The translations under genes were made by a program, and so were the position numbers. From Carcharhinus amblyrhynchos (taxonomy: Eukaryota), in the NCBI GenBank assembly GCA_965287045.1, contig OZ336871.1, positions 92,256,001 through 92,320,000 of the forward strand: a DNA stretch of 64,000 nt, read 5' to 3'. Shown here piece by piece: positions 1-10,111 of this stretch (its first letter is position 1; every line of letters starts with the position of its first letter). Below the pieces are notes generated by a model, which was not told where the DNA came from, ran no database searches, and saw only the letters and a program-made list of their open reading frames with translations.

Positions 1-340
1 GTTTATAATATCCGATGTATTAATTGCCAAAATAAATCTTATGATGGTAATCTGTACTTCAACAAAACTTTCCTCAAGCCCACATATGTCTGCAGGATCT
101 CAGCCAGAAACCAACTGCAGAGAACACAGATTAGGAAAGTAAATGTGTGAATTGGTTCTGCAAGGAGGAATTGTATTTCATGGGACATTGACACAGGAAG
201 GGGCTGTCCTGCAGCACAAATCCAACTCATGCTCCCCACATCTGTAGAACTCAATTCACATGCACTGACTTTCCGAACCAACGAGTTTCTTGTCACTTCC
301 TCCTGGATAAATATCCAGGAATTATGTCACAATCTTCCTG

Positions 341-723
341 ATGTGGAGATGCCAGCGTTGGACTGGGGCAAGCACAGTAAGAAGTTTCACAACACCAGGT
401 TAAAGTCCAACAGGTTTATTTGGTAGCACAATCTTTTGGAGTCTCACTCCTTCATCAGGAAGGAACTGTCCCGGCTAGAGACAATAATACACCTCTTTAA
501 CTTGTGCTTGGTCCTCTCTCCACTCACATTGCCTATACCTTTAAGACTTGATTAACTGTAAAGACTTGCATTCCAATCATTATTTTGTAACTTGAGTTTG
601 TGTCTGTATATGCCCTGTTTGTCAACACAAGTCCTCACTCACCTGATGAAGGAGTGAGACTCCAAAAGCTTGTGCTGCCAAATAAACCTGTTGGACTTTA
701 ACCTGGTGTTGCGGACTTCTTAC
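341..723. mobile_element. Penelope-like retroelement remnant arranged as an inverted repeat (arms 377-459 and 642-723), each arm with a hammerhead-ribozyme-like core; flanked by a 12-bp direct repeat
   Basis: The arms are near-perfect reverse complements. CCTGATGAAGGAGTGAGACTCC-AAAAG occurs on both strands. ACAATCTTCCTG lies at 329-340 and 722-733. Hammerhead cores in terminal repeats are an established Penelope trait; the family call is inference. Confidence 0.7.
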
Positions 724-1004
724 AATCTTCCTGGACAGTCAACTTTCTTCACATCTCACTGTCAAATGCATCGGAACAACTAGTTAGAAAGAGAAAGGGC
801 CCAAAACAAATTGCAACATTCTGTGGATTTCTTTTAAGCTTCAGAGGTAAGTTAGAAACTTCATAAACTTTACTCTCATAATATTTATCAATTGAACCGA
901 GATGATCTTTGAATCTTAATTCAAATGTTATCTCTCATTTTAAATTACAAATGGATCTCTTGTGGCATCAGTGGTTATGTGACTTCTGCCCCAAGACAGG
1001 GCAT

Positions 1005-1120
1005 GGGTGGGATTTTCCGGCTGCGCTCACTCAGAAGCCAGGAAATCCTGCCCAAGGTCAACGGACCTTTCCATGGTCCAAGCCCTGCCAGCTACGATTC
1101 CTGTGGTGGGCGGAACAGGA
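1005..1120. mobile_element. ~120-bp MITE-like element (Harbinger-type TIR family), degenerate
   Basis: Begins GGGATTTTCC and ends GGAAAA. Internal similarity to 9447-9585 (GGTCAAC.GACCTTT...GTCCA). Confidence 0.45.
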
Positions 1121-1637
1121 AAACTTATCGTATCATCTCATTCACAAGAAGGTTTACGCATTTCTGTTTCCCCATCACCTCTGGTCAGTTTATAAATGGA
1201 GCTGATTTGCGATGATAGATTAGCTGAGTAGTTAATCCTTATTTACAAGTAGTACATAAAAATATACCCTCCCTGACATACATTTGATTATCTTACACTA
1301 CATTATTTTCAATTCAATAACTATACTTTTCAAATTTTGTTGCATTGCAAAGGTATAATGCTATTATTAAATGTAGGCATGCCTCTCTTTTAATTATGTA
1401 CATGCAAGAGATAATATGCCAAGTAATTGAGGTATTATTTACAGCTTGTGGCAGATTGGCCTGTCTGAATAATGTATAGACAAAACCATTATATTTATGG
1501 ATTTGGGTATTTTTGATACATTTACATTTTTAGTGTAAAACGGGTGATGGGGAATCAATAGCTCCACTTTATATGTCCCTTTGATTTTTATTTCTACTGA
1601 TTTTGAAAAAAAAGGAAAATGGCTACTGATTAGCACT

Positions 1638-2309
1638 TTTTGATTTGATTTGATTTATTATTGTCACATGTATTAGTATATGAAAAGTATTAGTTCTTGT
1701 GTGCAATACTGGCAAAGCATACCATACATAGAGAAGGAAAAGAGAGAGTGTTAAAGTCATAGCTAGGGTGCAGAGAAAGATCAATTTAATGCAAGATAGG
1801 TTGCATTAAAAGTTTGATAACAGCAGGGAAGAAGCTGTTCTTGAGTCAGTTGGTACCTGGCCTCAGACTTTTGTATTTTTTTCCTGACGAAAGAAGTTGA
1901 AAGCGAGTATGTCCAGGGTCTGTGGCATCTTTAATTATGCTCGCTGCTTTTCCGAGGCAATGGGAAATGTAGACAGAGTCAACGGATGAGAGCTTGGTTT
2001 GCGTGATAGACTGGGCTTCATTCACGACCCTTTGTAGTTTCTTGCAGTATTGAACAGAGCAGGAGCCATACCAAGCTGTAATACAACCAGAAAGATGCTT
2101 TCTATGATGCATCTGTAAAAGTTGGTGAAAGATGTAGCAGGCATGCCAAATTTCCTTAATCTCCTGAGAAAGTAGAGACGTTGGTGGACTTTCTTAACAA
2201 GGGACGAGGACAGGTTGGTGATGATCTGGACAACTAGAAACCTGAAGCTCTCAAGCATTTCCACTTCATCCTCGTTGATGTGGAGAAGGGCATGTCCTCC
2301 CCTATGCTA
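1638..2309 (-). mobile_element. Rex1/Babar-like LINE, 5'-truncated 3' fragment
   Basis: Minus-strand peptides KKVHQRLYFLRRLRKFGMPATSFTNFYRCIIES and SGCITAWYGSCS..KKLQRVVNEAQSIT (RT C-terminal region typical of Rex1-type LINEs); (AAATC)n tail at 1638-1656. Confidence 0.8.
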
Positions 2310-3184
2310 TTACCCTTTTTTGCATTGTTGCATACAAAGACAAGGTCTATCCCTTACTATTTGAAAGAGTTCTTAGTCTTTCTGCAAACAACGTCATATA
2401 TGGGAAAGTGATTAATCAGTTGGGGTAATCTCAGTTACAGAACCTAGATGATGCCATTGCCGCCATCCTGGACCACACACATAGTTAGCTAATAAAAAAT
2501 TAAAAGCGTACTTCAGCACAAGATTTAGAAAGTCAAAGCATTATGCCAATCCCATTTAAATGAAAACAAAAATTAGATTGATTTCTCATTGCGGGCCATT
2601 TTTGACTCACAATATGTGAGATTGGGCACTTGCCCAGAGAAAAGAAACACACTCGTGGGAACCCTTGGTGCATGACTTCAGTGAAGATGCTGCTTTACTG
2701 GCATTGTGCTTCAGCACATGTGAAACGCAGGAAGTGTTACTGAGGTGAACTTTGAAGTTAACATCAGACAAGATTTATCTTGGAGAAATGCCACAACTTA
2801 TTAGCCAAACATATATAAAGAGATTATTTTCAAAGGAGTAAACATAGGGATCTCATAATCTTTAGGTCTCTACTTGCTTTCAATTATTTTGTGCATAAAA
2901 AATCTCTCTTTCTTAAATTGTTTCTTTCGCTTCAATTTTTCACTCGAAACTCGTCAACTTGTGGAATTTTCCAAAGTCTCTTGAGTTTTGTGAGTCTGAG
3001 AACTCACAAGATTGGGCTCTGGAAATGTTCCTGGAATTAATATTTTGTGCTTTTAACTTCTGTGTATCTGTTTTTTGTGGAGTTCAAAGCCCACAGTCTC
3101 TCAGAGTTTGGGGTGGTCCGTAGCTTTCTACTCACAAGGCACGACAAAAGTTCATTCTGTTTTCTTTGTTTTTATTAAATTCTG

Positions 3185-3490
3185 TCATTTATTGATTTTA
3201 TTTATTAATGTAAGGAGGCTTACATTAACACAGCAATGAAGTTTCTGTGAAAATCCACTTGTCACCGCATTCTGGCACCAGTTCGGGTACACTGAGGAGA
3301 ATTTAGCACGGCCAACGCACCTAATCAGTATGTCTTTGGATTGTGGGGGAATCCGGAGTGCCCGGAGGAAACACATGCAGACACAGGGAGATTATGGAGA
3401 CTCTGCACAGACAGTGACCCAAGCCAGGAATCGAAACCAGGTCCCAGGCACCGTGAGGCAGCAGTGCTAACCATTGTGCCACCGTGCCGC
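3185..3490 (-). mobile_element. tRNA-derived V-SINE with non-CR1 (Rex1-like) tail
   Basis: Head GGCGGCACGGTGGCACAATGGTTAGCACTGCTGCCTCAC (A box), GGTTTCGATTCC (B box), V-domain GTTTCCTCCGGGCACTCCGG; tail ...GTGTTAATGTAAGCC...TAATAAATAAA. Confidence 0.8.
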
Positions 3491-3574
3491 CATGTGTTCC
3501 TATCGAAGAACAAGTCACATTAAAACCAAGTTACTACCATGATTATTTTTGTCACGAATAATTAAAATTTAATT

Positions 3575-3790
3575 TGTTTTATTTATTCACGGGATATGGG
3601 CATTACTGGCACCCCTAGCATCTTTGACCTTCCCTGATTGTCCTAGAGGAAGTGGAGCTGAGATACCTTCCAGAACCATTACAGATCATGTGGTCAATGA
3701 GCTGCCAAATAGCTGTCAGTTCCAGGATTTTGTCCCAACAATAATGAAGTAACTGCACTATGTCTCCAAGTCAGGATGATGTGTGATTGA
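3575..3790 (-). mobile_element. Old LINE 3' end (CR1-group family distinct from the main one)
   Basis: Reverse complement reads ...CAAAATCCTGGAACT...CCCATATCCCGTGAATAAATAAAA; resembles the degenerate LINE pieces at 23920-24500 and 63720-63925. Confidence 0.45.
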
Positions 3791-3964
3791 ATCCCACTTC
3801 TCTACACATGACAATTATCTATCACTTTCTGCACTTCACTTACTGCATTCTCAATTTCCCAGGTAACATTTCTATCGCCTTCTCCTTGCAAACTCCAGGA
3901 TTAACTTAGGTTACTTCAAAGTTGCTGGCGTTCCTGAAAACAGCACTCTTCAATTCCACCATCT

Positions 3965-4310
3965 CATAGAAATCATTGAAACCCTACAGTGCAGAAAGAG
4001 GACATTCGGCCCATCAAGTCTGCACCAATCACAATGCCACCCAGGCCCTACCCCCATATCCCTACATATTTACCCAGTAATCCTTCTAGCCTACGCATCT
4101 CAGGACTCTAAGGGGAATTATAGCATGGCCAGTCAACCTAACCTGCACATCTTTGGACTGTGGAGGAAACCGGAGCACCCGAAGGAAATTCACGCAGGCA
4201 CAAGGAGAATGTGTAAATTCCACACAGACAATGACCTGACCCGGGAATCGAACCCAGGTCCCTGGAGCTGTGAAGCAGCAGTGCTAATTACTGTGCTACC
4301 ATGCCGCCCC
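3965..4310 (-). mobile_element. V-SINE (HE1-like) with CR1-derived tail
   Basis: tRNA-like head ending at 4310, GGTTCGATTCCC B box, V-domain, tail GATGGGCCGAATG...TGCACTGTAGGGTTTC.ATGA. Confidence 0.85.
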
Positions 4311-4402
4311 CATTGTGCTACTGTGCCGCCTCTCACTGCTCTACTGTGCTGCCTCTACTGTGCTACCATGCTGCCCACTGTGCTACCATGCCGCTTTCAG
4401 AA

Positions 4403-4590
4403 GAGATTTCTCTCCCTAAAGGAGATGCGTGAACCAGATGGGTTTTTCTGACAATCGACAATGGTTCCATGGTCATCAGTAGATTCTTAATTCCGGATAT
4501 TTTTTATTGAATTCAAATTCCATCATCTGCCATGGCGCGATTCAAACCCAGGTCCCCAGAACATTCGCTGAGTTTCTAAGTTAATAGTTC
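4403..4590 (-). mobile_element. Second tRNA-derived SINE family, partial
   Basis: Minus strand GGGTTTGAATCGCGCCATGGCAGATG...GACCATGGAACCATTGTCGATTGTC; homologous to 62545-62765. Confidence 0.6.
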
Positions 4591-5658
4591 ATCCCCTCCC
4601 CTCCCCCAAATAAAAAATGCATCTGAAACACCCAACTATAAACAGGAAGTGGTTATTGAAGAATATAATTACAGTTGTATGCTCTGTGGTTCTTGGCATT
4701 GGTGAACACAAATGACTGTTTTAATGGAACTGTTTCTCCTTCAATGCCAATTTTCAGTTTAAACTTTACGTTTAGCAGGCTTCATTTAAGACACAATTTG
4801 CGGCCACAAAACACATGTTCATACTGTCAAATACAAAGTGTGACTTGTATTCAATCTATATATAGGTCCTTGACCCCATGGTTGCACTGTGCTGTCAGAC
4901 TGCCTGTCCTACATTAGGGTAGCTTCACTAATCCCACGCTCCCAGCTGTGCTCAAAGTGAATATGGGTCAGAATTCTGACCCTTTAGCCTGAGTTCCCTA
5001 GGAGCATGGCTCTTACTGGGAGCACAGGGATAATGAACTTGCCCTACCAATCTACCCGTGAACCAAATATTGCCTGAATGAACACCAGAAAGTTTGCAAT
5101 TCTTGATGTGATAAAATACAGTATTGTTGTTTCTATCAACTATCCTCCGTATGCAGTCACAATGGAACAACAGCAACCTGCAATTATACAACGCGTTTAG
5201 CATAGTAATACATCAAGGGTGCTTCACAAGAGCATCATCAGGCAGAAAATGTCACCAAACCAAAGAAGGAAACATTGGGTAGAATCTTCTTGAGGCATTG
5301 GGAAAGCCAACAAGAGACTTGCGCTGGCACACAAACCACACATCAACGATGCAATGGTCTGGCCATCAGTTGGTCTTCCACTGGAATCCCAGGCAAAAGT
5401 CATGGCAGCACTGACCAATTAAAGGTCAGCAGCTCTTGACAGTAGCACTGGGTAGGCTGTGGTTGTTACTCAAAGGAGAATCACTGGAGACCCAGCATCA
5501 TAGAGTGAACCAAGCCACAGTTGTAAGGTGGGGGTGGGTTGCATAATGAGGAGAGGGGTGATGTTATAAGGGATCAGCAGCAAGGGCAAGGGGTGGATCT
5601 CAATAACCATTACCCATAACCCCCTTTCCCAATGTCCAGTCTCTCAATCAAACACTGA

Positions 5659-6455
5659 GGGCTCCAATTTACCATCATGTTACACTCATATTCTTGGTAA
5701 AGTCAGACGTGAGGCATGTAGCCTGACCCGCATCCACTTCTTTGCCTGTTCCCCCTTTACCAAGGCCCAAAAATGGTCACAATCGGGACCATGCCCAAAA
5801 CAGGTACAACGGCCATTTAAATGCATTTGCATGCTTTAAATTGACTTAATAAGCTGCATCCCCAACTTTACTAGCACTTCCCCCTTTACCATTGTGTGCA
5901 CCCATCCAGAATTGGCATGAAACAGACATGCTCCACAGAAGTATGATTTGGGTGCTCTAGTTAGTGAAGAGTAAGTGATGAGTGTCCAATGGCTCTCTGC
6001 TTGAGCCGGGGGGGGGTGGGGGGGGGGGGGGCAGAGGTGCGGGGTGGAATCAGCTGCCACTTTGCCTGAGATCGGTGGGGGCAAAGAGGGGGAGAAGCTC
6101 GCGATTGGTCTGGGTGGCAGAGAGGTGAGGGGATAAGGGAGTCAGTAATGTTGGGAGGGGGGCGGTGGGGCAATGTCTGTGGGGGCCAGGGAAGGCATCA
6201 TCCAGCCCAGGAGAGATGTGGCAGGGGAGTCGCATTCCATCGTTTCTTTTTCTGCGCACATGCAGTTGGAAGTGCCAATCGGAGCTATAGGGTTTCAGGC
6301 GCGTTTAGCCTCACCTACAAGCTTCTGCAGCATGATCCGGAATTGTTGATTTTTTTTTCAGGCAGAGTGCGTATGGGGGATCTAAAATTTGGATCTGAAA
6401 CACTCCCAGTTTCAAGTCTGTCCAGCACCTAGAATCAGAATGGTAAATAGGACCG
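5659..6455. mobile_element. Non-autonomous PIF/Harbinger-type DNA transposon with TIRs and 3-bp TSD (TGA)
   Basis: Left end GGGCTCCAATTTACCAT, right end ATGGTAAATAGGACCG; TGA at 5656-5658 and 6456-6458. 6020-6455 is homologous to 43803-44386. Confidence 0.7.
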
Positions 6456-6988
6456 TGAGTGTCTTTGATCAGGAGACCACCTCCCCTCCCAGAAGTGACA
6501 AGTTGGATGCACAATTTTACCTGTCAGGCACACTGCCGTGCAGCAGGCCTGTCTGCAGCTTGCTTAATATCAACAGCAGCAGGATGAGGTCCTTGTGTCA
6601 TCATTGATTTGTCACTCAAGGGTCTCCATTGGCAGTGGGATAGTAAAGTCAACCATGAGCCTTCCCACCCAGAACTTAATTCTGGTGGATGTGGAAAACA
6701 GTCTATGGGCAAGAAATTGGTCTCAACCTGTTTTTGGATCTTGGGTTGTGATGTGTGACTTGCATTCACCAATTGCCTTGGGAGCAGGCAGCTTCTTCTC
6801 ATTAGTGTGAGGACTCCTCATTGGAATGATTTCAGTGTAAAGTGTGGTGAACCTTGTGTTCCTGGTTGTTTATATGCATAACAGGAGGCCTAATAGCATG
6901 CTTGGCTAGCGCGTCTTCCAGTTTATATTGGCAGGCCAGCCCTCTTAAACAGAAGCTGTACTGAATCACAGAAGGATGGCACTGAATT

Positions 6989-7215
6989 ATGTTGCTACAA
7001 TTCTGCACAAGGGAACTTGAACATCAAGTTCACCAATTCAGAACTGGAGGCATGAGAGATGGATATCTGGAGAGGGGCCATGTTTCCATGGTCGGAGAGG
7101 AGGCCCTCAAGACTCACCATTCAAAGGGAATGGGAGAAAGTGGTCGAGAGATCGATGTCCAGAGACTGGCACCGAGGACCTGGCAGTAATGCTAGAAGTT
7201 CAATGGCTTCATGGC
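6989..7215 (+). pseudogene. Frameshifted Myb/SANT-like DNA-binding ORF remnant (Harbinger second gene)
   Basis: Joining frames gives ...FP....RRPSRLTIQREWEK / GREIDVQRLAPRTWQ*C*KFN, matching the W...R-T-W-x-Q-C-x-K-K-F-N pattern of Harbinger Myb/SANT proteins. Confidence 0.55.
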
Positions 7216-7336
7216 ATAGGGCTGGTCACATCATGAGGCTGTCTGCAACACAGCATGCAGCAGCCACCGTCCCCATTATCATTCCCAGTAATATTATGCC
7301 TCTTCTGAATGCCCTCGTGCTTCTACCTGGCATGAA

Positions 7337-8578
7337 GTGCATCTTGAAGGGAATTGCTTGATAGAGCAGACGCAGCACGGTTTCATTAAAGGGAAGTCGT
7401 GTCTGACAAATTTACTGGAGTTCTATGAGGATGTGTCTAGGGCGGTGGATAGAGCAGAGCCGGTGGATGTGGTCTTTCTAGATTTTCAGAAGGCGTTTGA
7501 CAAAGTACGTCACAAGAGGTTATTGCAGAAGGTCGAGGGACATGGAGTTGGGGGTAGGGTGTTAGCGTGGATAGAGGATTGGTTGTTAAATAGGAGGCAG
7601 AGAGTGGGGGTCAACGGGTGCTATTTGGATTGGCGGATGGTGACTAGTGGAGTGCCCCAGGGGTCGGTGCTGGGGCCTCAGCTTTTTACCATTTATATAG
7701 ATGATCTGGAGGAGGGAACCGAGTGTAGGGTGTCGAAATTTGCTGATGACACCAAGATTGGGGGAACGGCAAATTGTGCGGAGGGTGTGGAGAGTCTGCA
7801 GAAGGATCTAGATAGGCTGGGCGAATGGGCCAGGAACTGGCAAATGGAATTTAATGTTGGCAAGTGTGAGGTGGTCCACTTTGGTAGGAAGAATGGTAGG
7901 AAGGACTATTACTTACGTGGCGAAAAACTGCAGCAGGCGACGGTGCAGAGGGACCTCGGGGTCCTTGTGCATGAGTCGCAAAAACCCAGCTTGCAGGTGC
8001 AGCAGGTGGTCAGGAAGGCGAATGGGATGCTGGCCTTCATAGCGAGGGGGATTGAATATAAAAGTAGGGAGGTCTTGCTGCAGCTGTATAGGGCATTGGT
8101 GAGGCCGCAGCTGGAGTACTGTGTGCAGTTTTGGGCGCCGCACCTGCGCAAAGATATTTTGGCCTTGGAGGGAGTGCAGAGGAGGTTTACTAGGCTGATA
8201 CCGGAGTTGAGGGGGTTGAGCTATGAGGAGAGGCTGAATAAACTGGGCTTGTACTCGTTAGAGTTTAGAAGAATGAGGGGAGATCTCATTGAGACGTATA
8301 AGATGATGAATGGGATGGATAGGATAGAGGTGGAGAGACTCTTCCCGCTCAAAAAAGACAGTAGGACTAGGGGGCACAGCCTCAAGATAAAAGGGGGGCG
8401 GTTTAGAACGGAGTTGAGGAGGAACTTCTTCACTCAAAGGGTGGTGAATCTCTGGAATTCTCTGCCCGTTGAAGTGGTGGAGGCTGCCTCGCTAAATATT
8501 TTTAAGACGCGGGTTGATGGGTTTTTGATAAGAGAGGGGATTAAGGGTTATGGGGAGAGGGCGGGAAAGTGGAACTGA
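7337..8578 (+). CDS. CR1 ORF2 reverse transcriptase, C-terminal 413 aa (no true start; truncation product)
   Basis: QHGF..KSCLTNL, DFQKAFDKV, SGVPQGSVLGP, FADD catalytic motif, RTRGH..FFTQRVVNLWNSLP. Confidence 0.9.
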   Translation: MHLEGNCLIEQTQHGFIKGKSCLTNLLEFYEDVSRAVDRAEPVDVVFLDFQKAFDKVRHKRLLQKVEGHGVGGRVLAWIEDWLLNRRQRVGVNGCYLDWRMVTSGVPQGSVLGPQLFTIYIDDLEEGTECRVSKFADDTKIGGTANCAEGVESLQKDLDRLGEWARNWQMEFNVGKCEVVHFGRKNGRKDYYLRGEKLQQATVQRDLGVLVHESQKPSLQVQQVVRKANGMLAFIARGIEYKSREVLLQLYRALVRPQLEYCVQFWAPHLRKDILALEGVQRRFTRLIPELRGLSYEERLNKLGLYSLEFRRMRGDLIETYKMMNGMDRIEVERLFPLKKDSRTRGHSLKIKGGRFRTELRRNFFTQRVVNLWNSLPVEVVEAASLNIFKTRVDGFLIREGIKGYGERAGKWN

Positions 8579-8681
8579 GCAGCGACAGATCAGCCATGAT
8601 CTTATTGAATGGCGGGGCAGGCTCGAAGGGCTAGATGGCCTACTCCTGCTCCTATTTCTTATGTTCTTATGTTCTTATGTT
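7339..8681 (+). mobile_element. Young CR1 LINE, 5'-truncated (subfamily A)
   Basis: Uninterrupted RT frame, CR1 3' UTR hairpin and (TTCTTATG)n tail; possible AAGTG TSD. Confidence 0.95.
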
Positions 8682-9446
8682 AAGTGAAAGCTACAAATCA
8701 ATCAATCATACACATTTTGCATTGCAAACCCTACCACAACCCACAACCCTCCTCATTTACCCTGACCTGCCCCTACAAACCAGATCCATTGAGAATGTCA
8801 GTGTTTAATGGGGCATTTAGGCCCTCAAAGCAATCCAGCAATCTATTCTCCAAAAGATTGCTACGATTTCTGAGCTGCTGCCCTTTGCCAGTAGCTTTGT
8901 GGAAACTAGACCTGCTGTCCTCTCTCAGGATTACAGCACGCGTGCTTCTGCCACTGAAAATCTACAAGTACGCTTGCTGTTGTCTGTCAGCCCAGACTGC
9001 TGCTACTGAAGTGGTTTAGACTGAATCCACGTCCTCAAGGCCCCATGCTGATTATGGGCATCCTTCAAGGCCACCTCAGCCTCCCCTGGTGATAATCAAC
9101 AGCCTTTGACCAGCCAGGCTGCAGCCAATCAAGTAGTAGGGGAACTAGAAGTGACTAGGGAAACCAAAGTTGGCAGTAAGAGAATGCAGAGGCTGAATAG
9201 TTTTTGATTTGTTATTGAATTAAGATGGGTTTGTGTGGGTGGCCTTTACAATTGTGTGGTATCCAAAGAATGCAGTGATGGATTGTCTCAGATGAATGTG
9301 AACCATGAGGAATGGTGAGTCCATGGGGATCAGGGAAAGTAGTTTCATTGAAAATTGAGTCTGAGAATGCAAGAGCAAAACATCACAGATGCTGAAAATC
9401 TGAAATACGCAGCACGTCTGGAAGCATCTGTGGAGAGAGAAATTGA

Positions 9447-9585
9447 GGGCAGGATTTTCCAGCCACACGGACCCAAGACCTAAAAATTCACGCCTGAGGT
9501 CAACAGACCTTTAAATAGTCCATCAAATTTTCTGTCCCGTCTGATACAATTCCCACAGTAGGCCGACCAGGAAATTTCTAGCTTG
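9447..9585. mobile_element. MITE-like element (same family as 1005-1120), inserted in a Penelope-like remnant at 9360-9445
   Basis: GGGCAGGATTTTCC...GGAAATTTCTAGC imperfect TIRs. Confidence 0.45.
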
Positions 9586-9586
9586 A

Positions 9587-10100
9587 GATTTGATTTGATT
9601 TATTCTTGTCACATGTATTAGTATACAATGAAAAGTGTTGTTTCTTGCACTATATAGACAAAGCATACTGTACATAAGGAAGGAAAGGAGAGGGTACAGA
9701 ATGCAGTGTTACAGCTAGTGTAGAGAAAGATCGACATAATGCAAAGTAGGTCCATTTAAAAGTCTGATGGCAGCACGGAAGAAGCTGTTCTTGAATCGGT
9801 TGGTACGTGTCCTCAGGCTTTTGTATCTCTTTCCCAACGGAAGAAGATGGAAGAGAATATGTCCATGCTATGTAGGGTCCTTAATTATGCTGGCTGCTTT
9901 TCCAAAGCAGCAGGAAGTGTAAACAGCGTCAACGGATGTGAGGCTGATTTGTGTGATAGATTGGGCTTCATTGGTGACCATTTGTAGTTTATTGCGGTAT
10001 TGGGCAGAACAGGAGCCATACCAAACTGTGATATAACCAGAAATAATGCCTTCCGTGATGAATCTGTAAAAGTTGGTGAGGGTTGTAGCTGACATGTTCA
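9587..10100 (-). mobile_element. Rex1/Babar-like LINE 3' fragment
   Basis: ORF 9868-10110 TTLTNFYRFITEGIISGYITVWYGSCSAQ; (AAATC)n tail; homologous to 1638-2309. Confidence 0.8.
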
Positions 10101-10111
10101 GTGTGCCCAAA

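Noticed and set aside
3420-3490. tRNA genes
   Set aside because: The A/B boxes belong to SINE heads followed by V-domains; there is no complete cloverleaf.
7909-8433. Recurring antisense ORFs (also at 19190, 25591, 34027)
   Set aside because: They are shadow frames of the CR1 RT repeated with each copy; no independent evidence.
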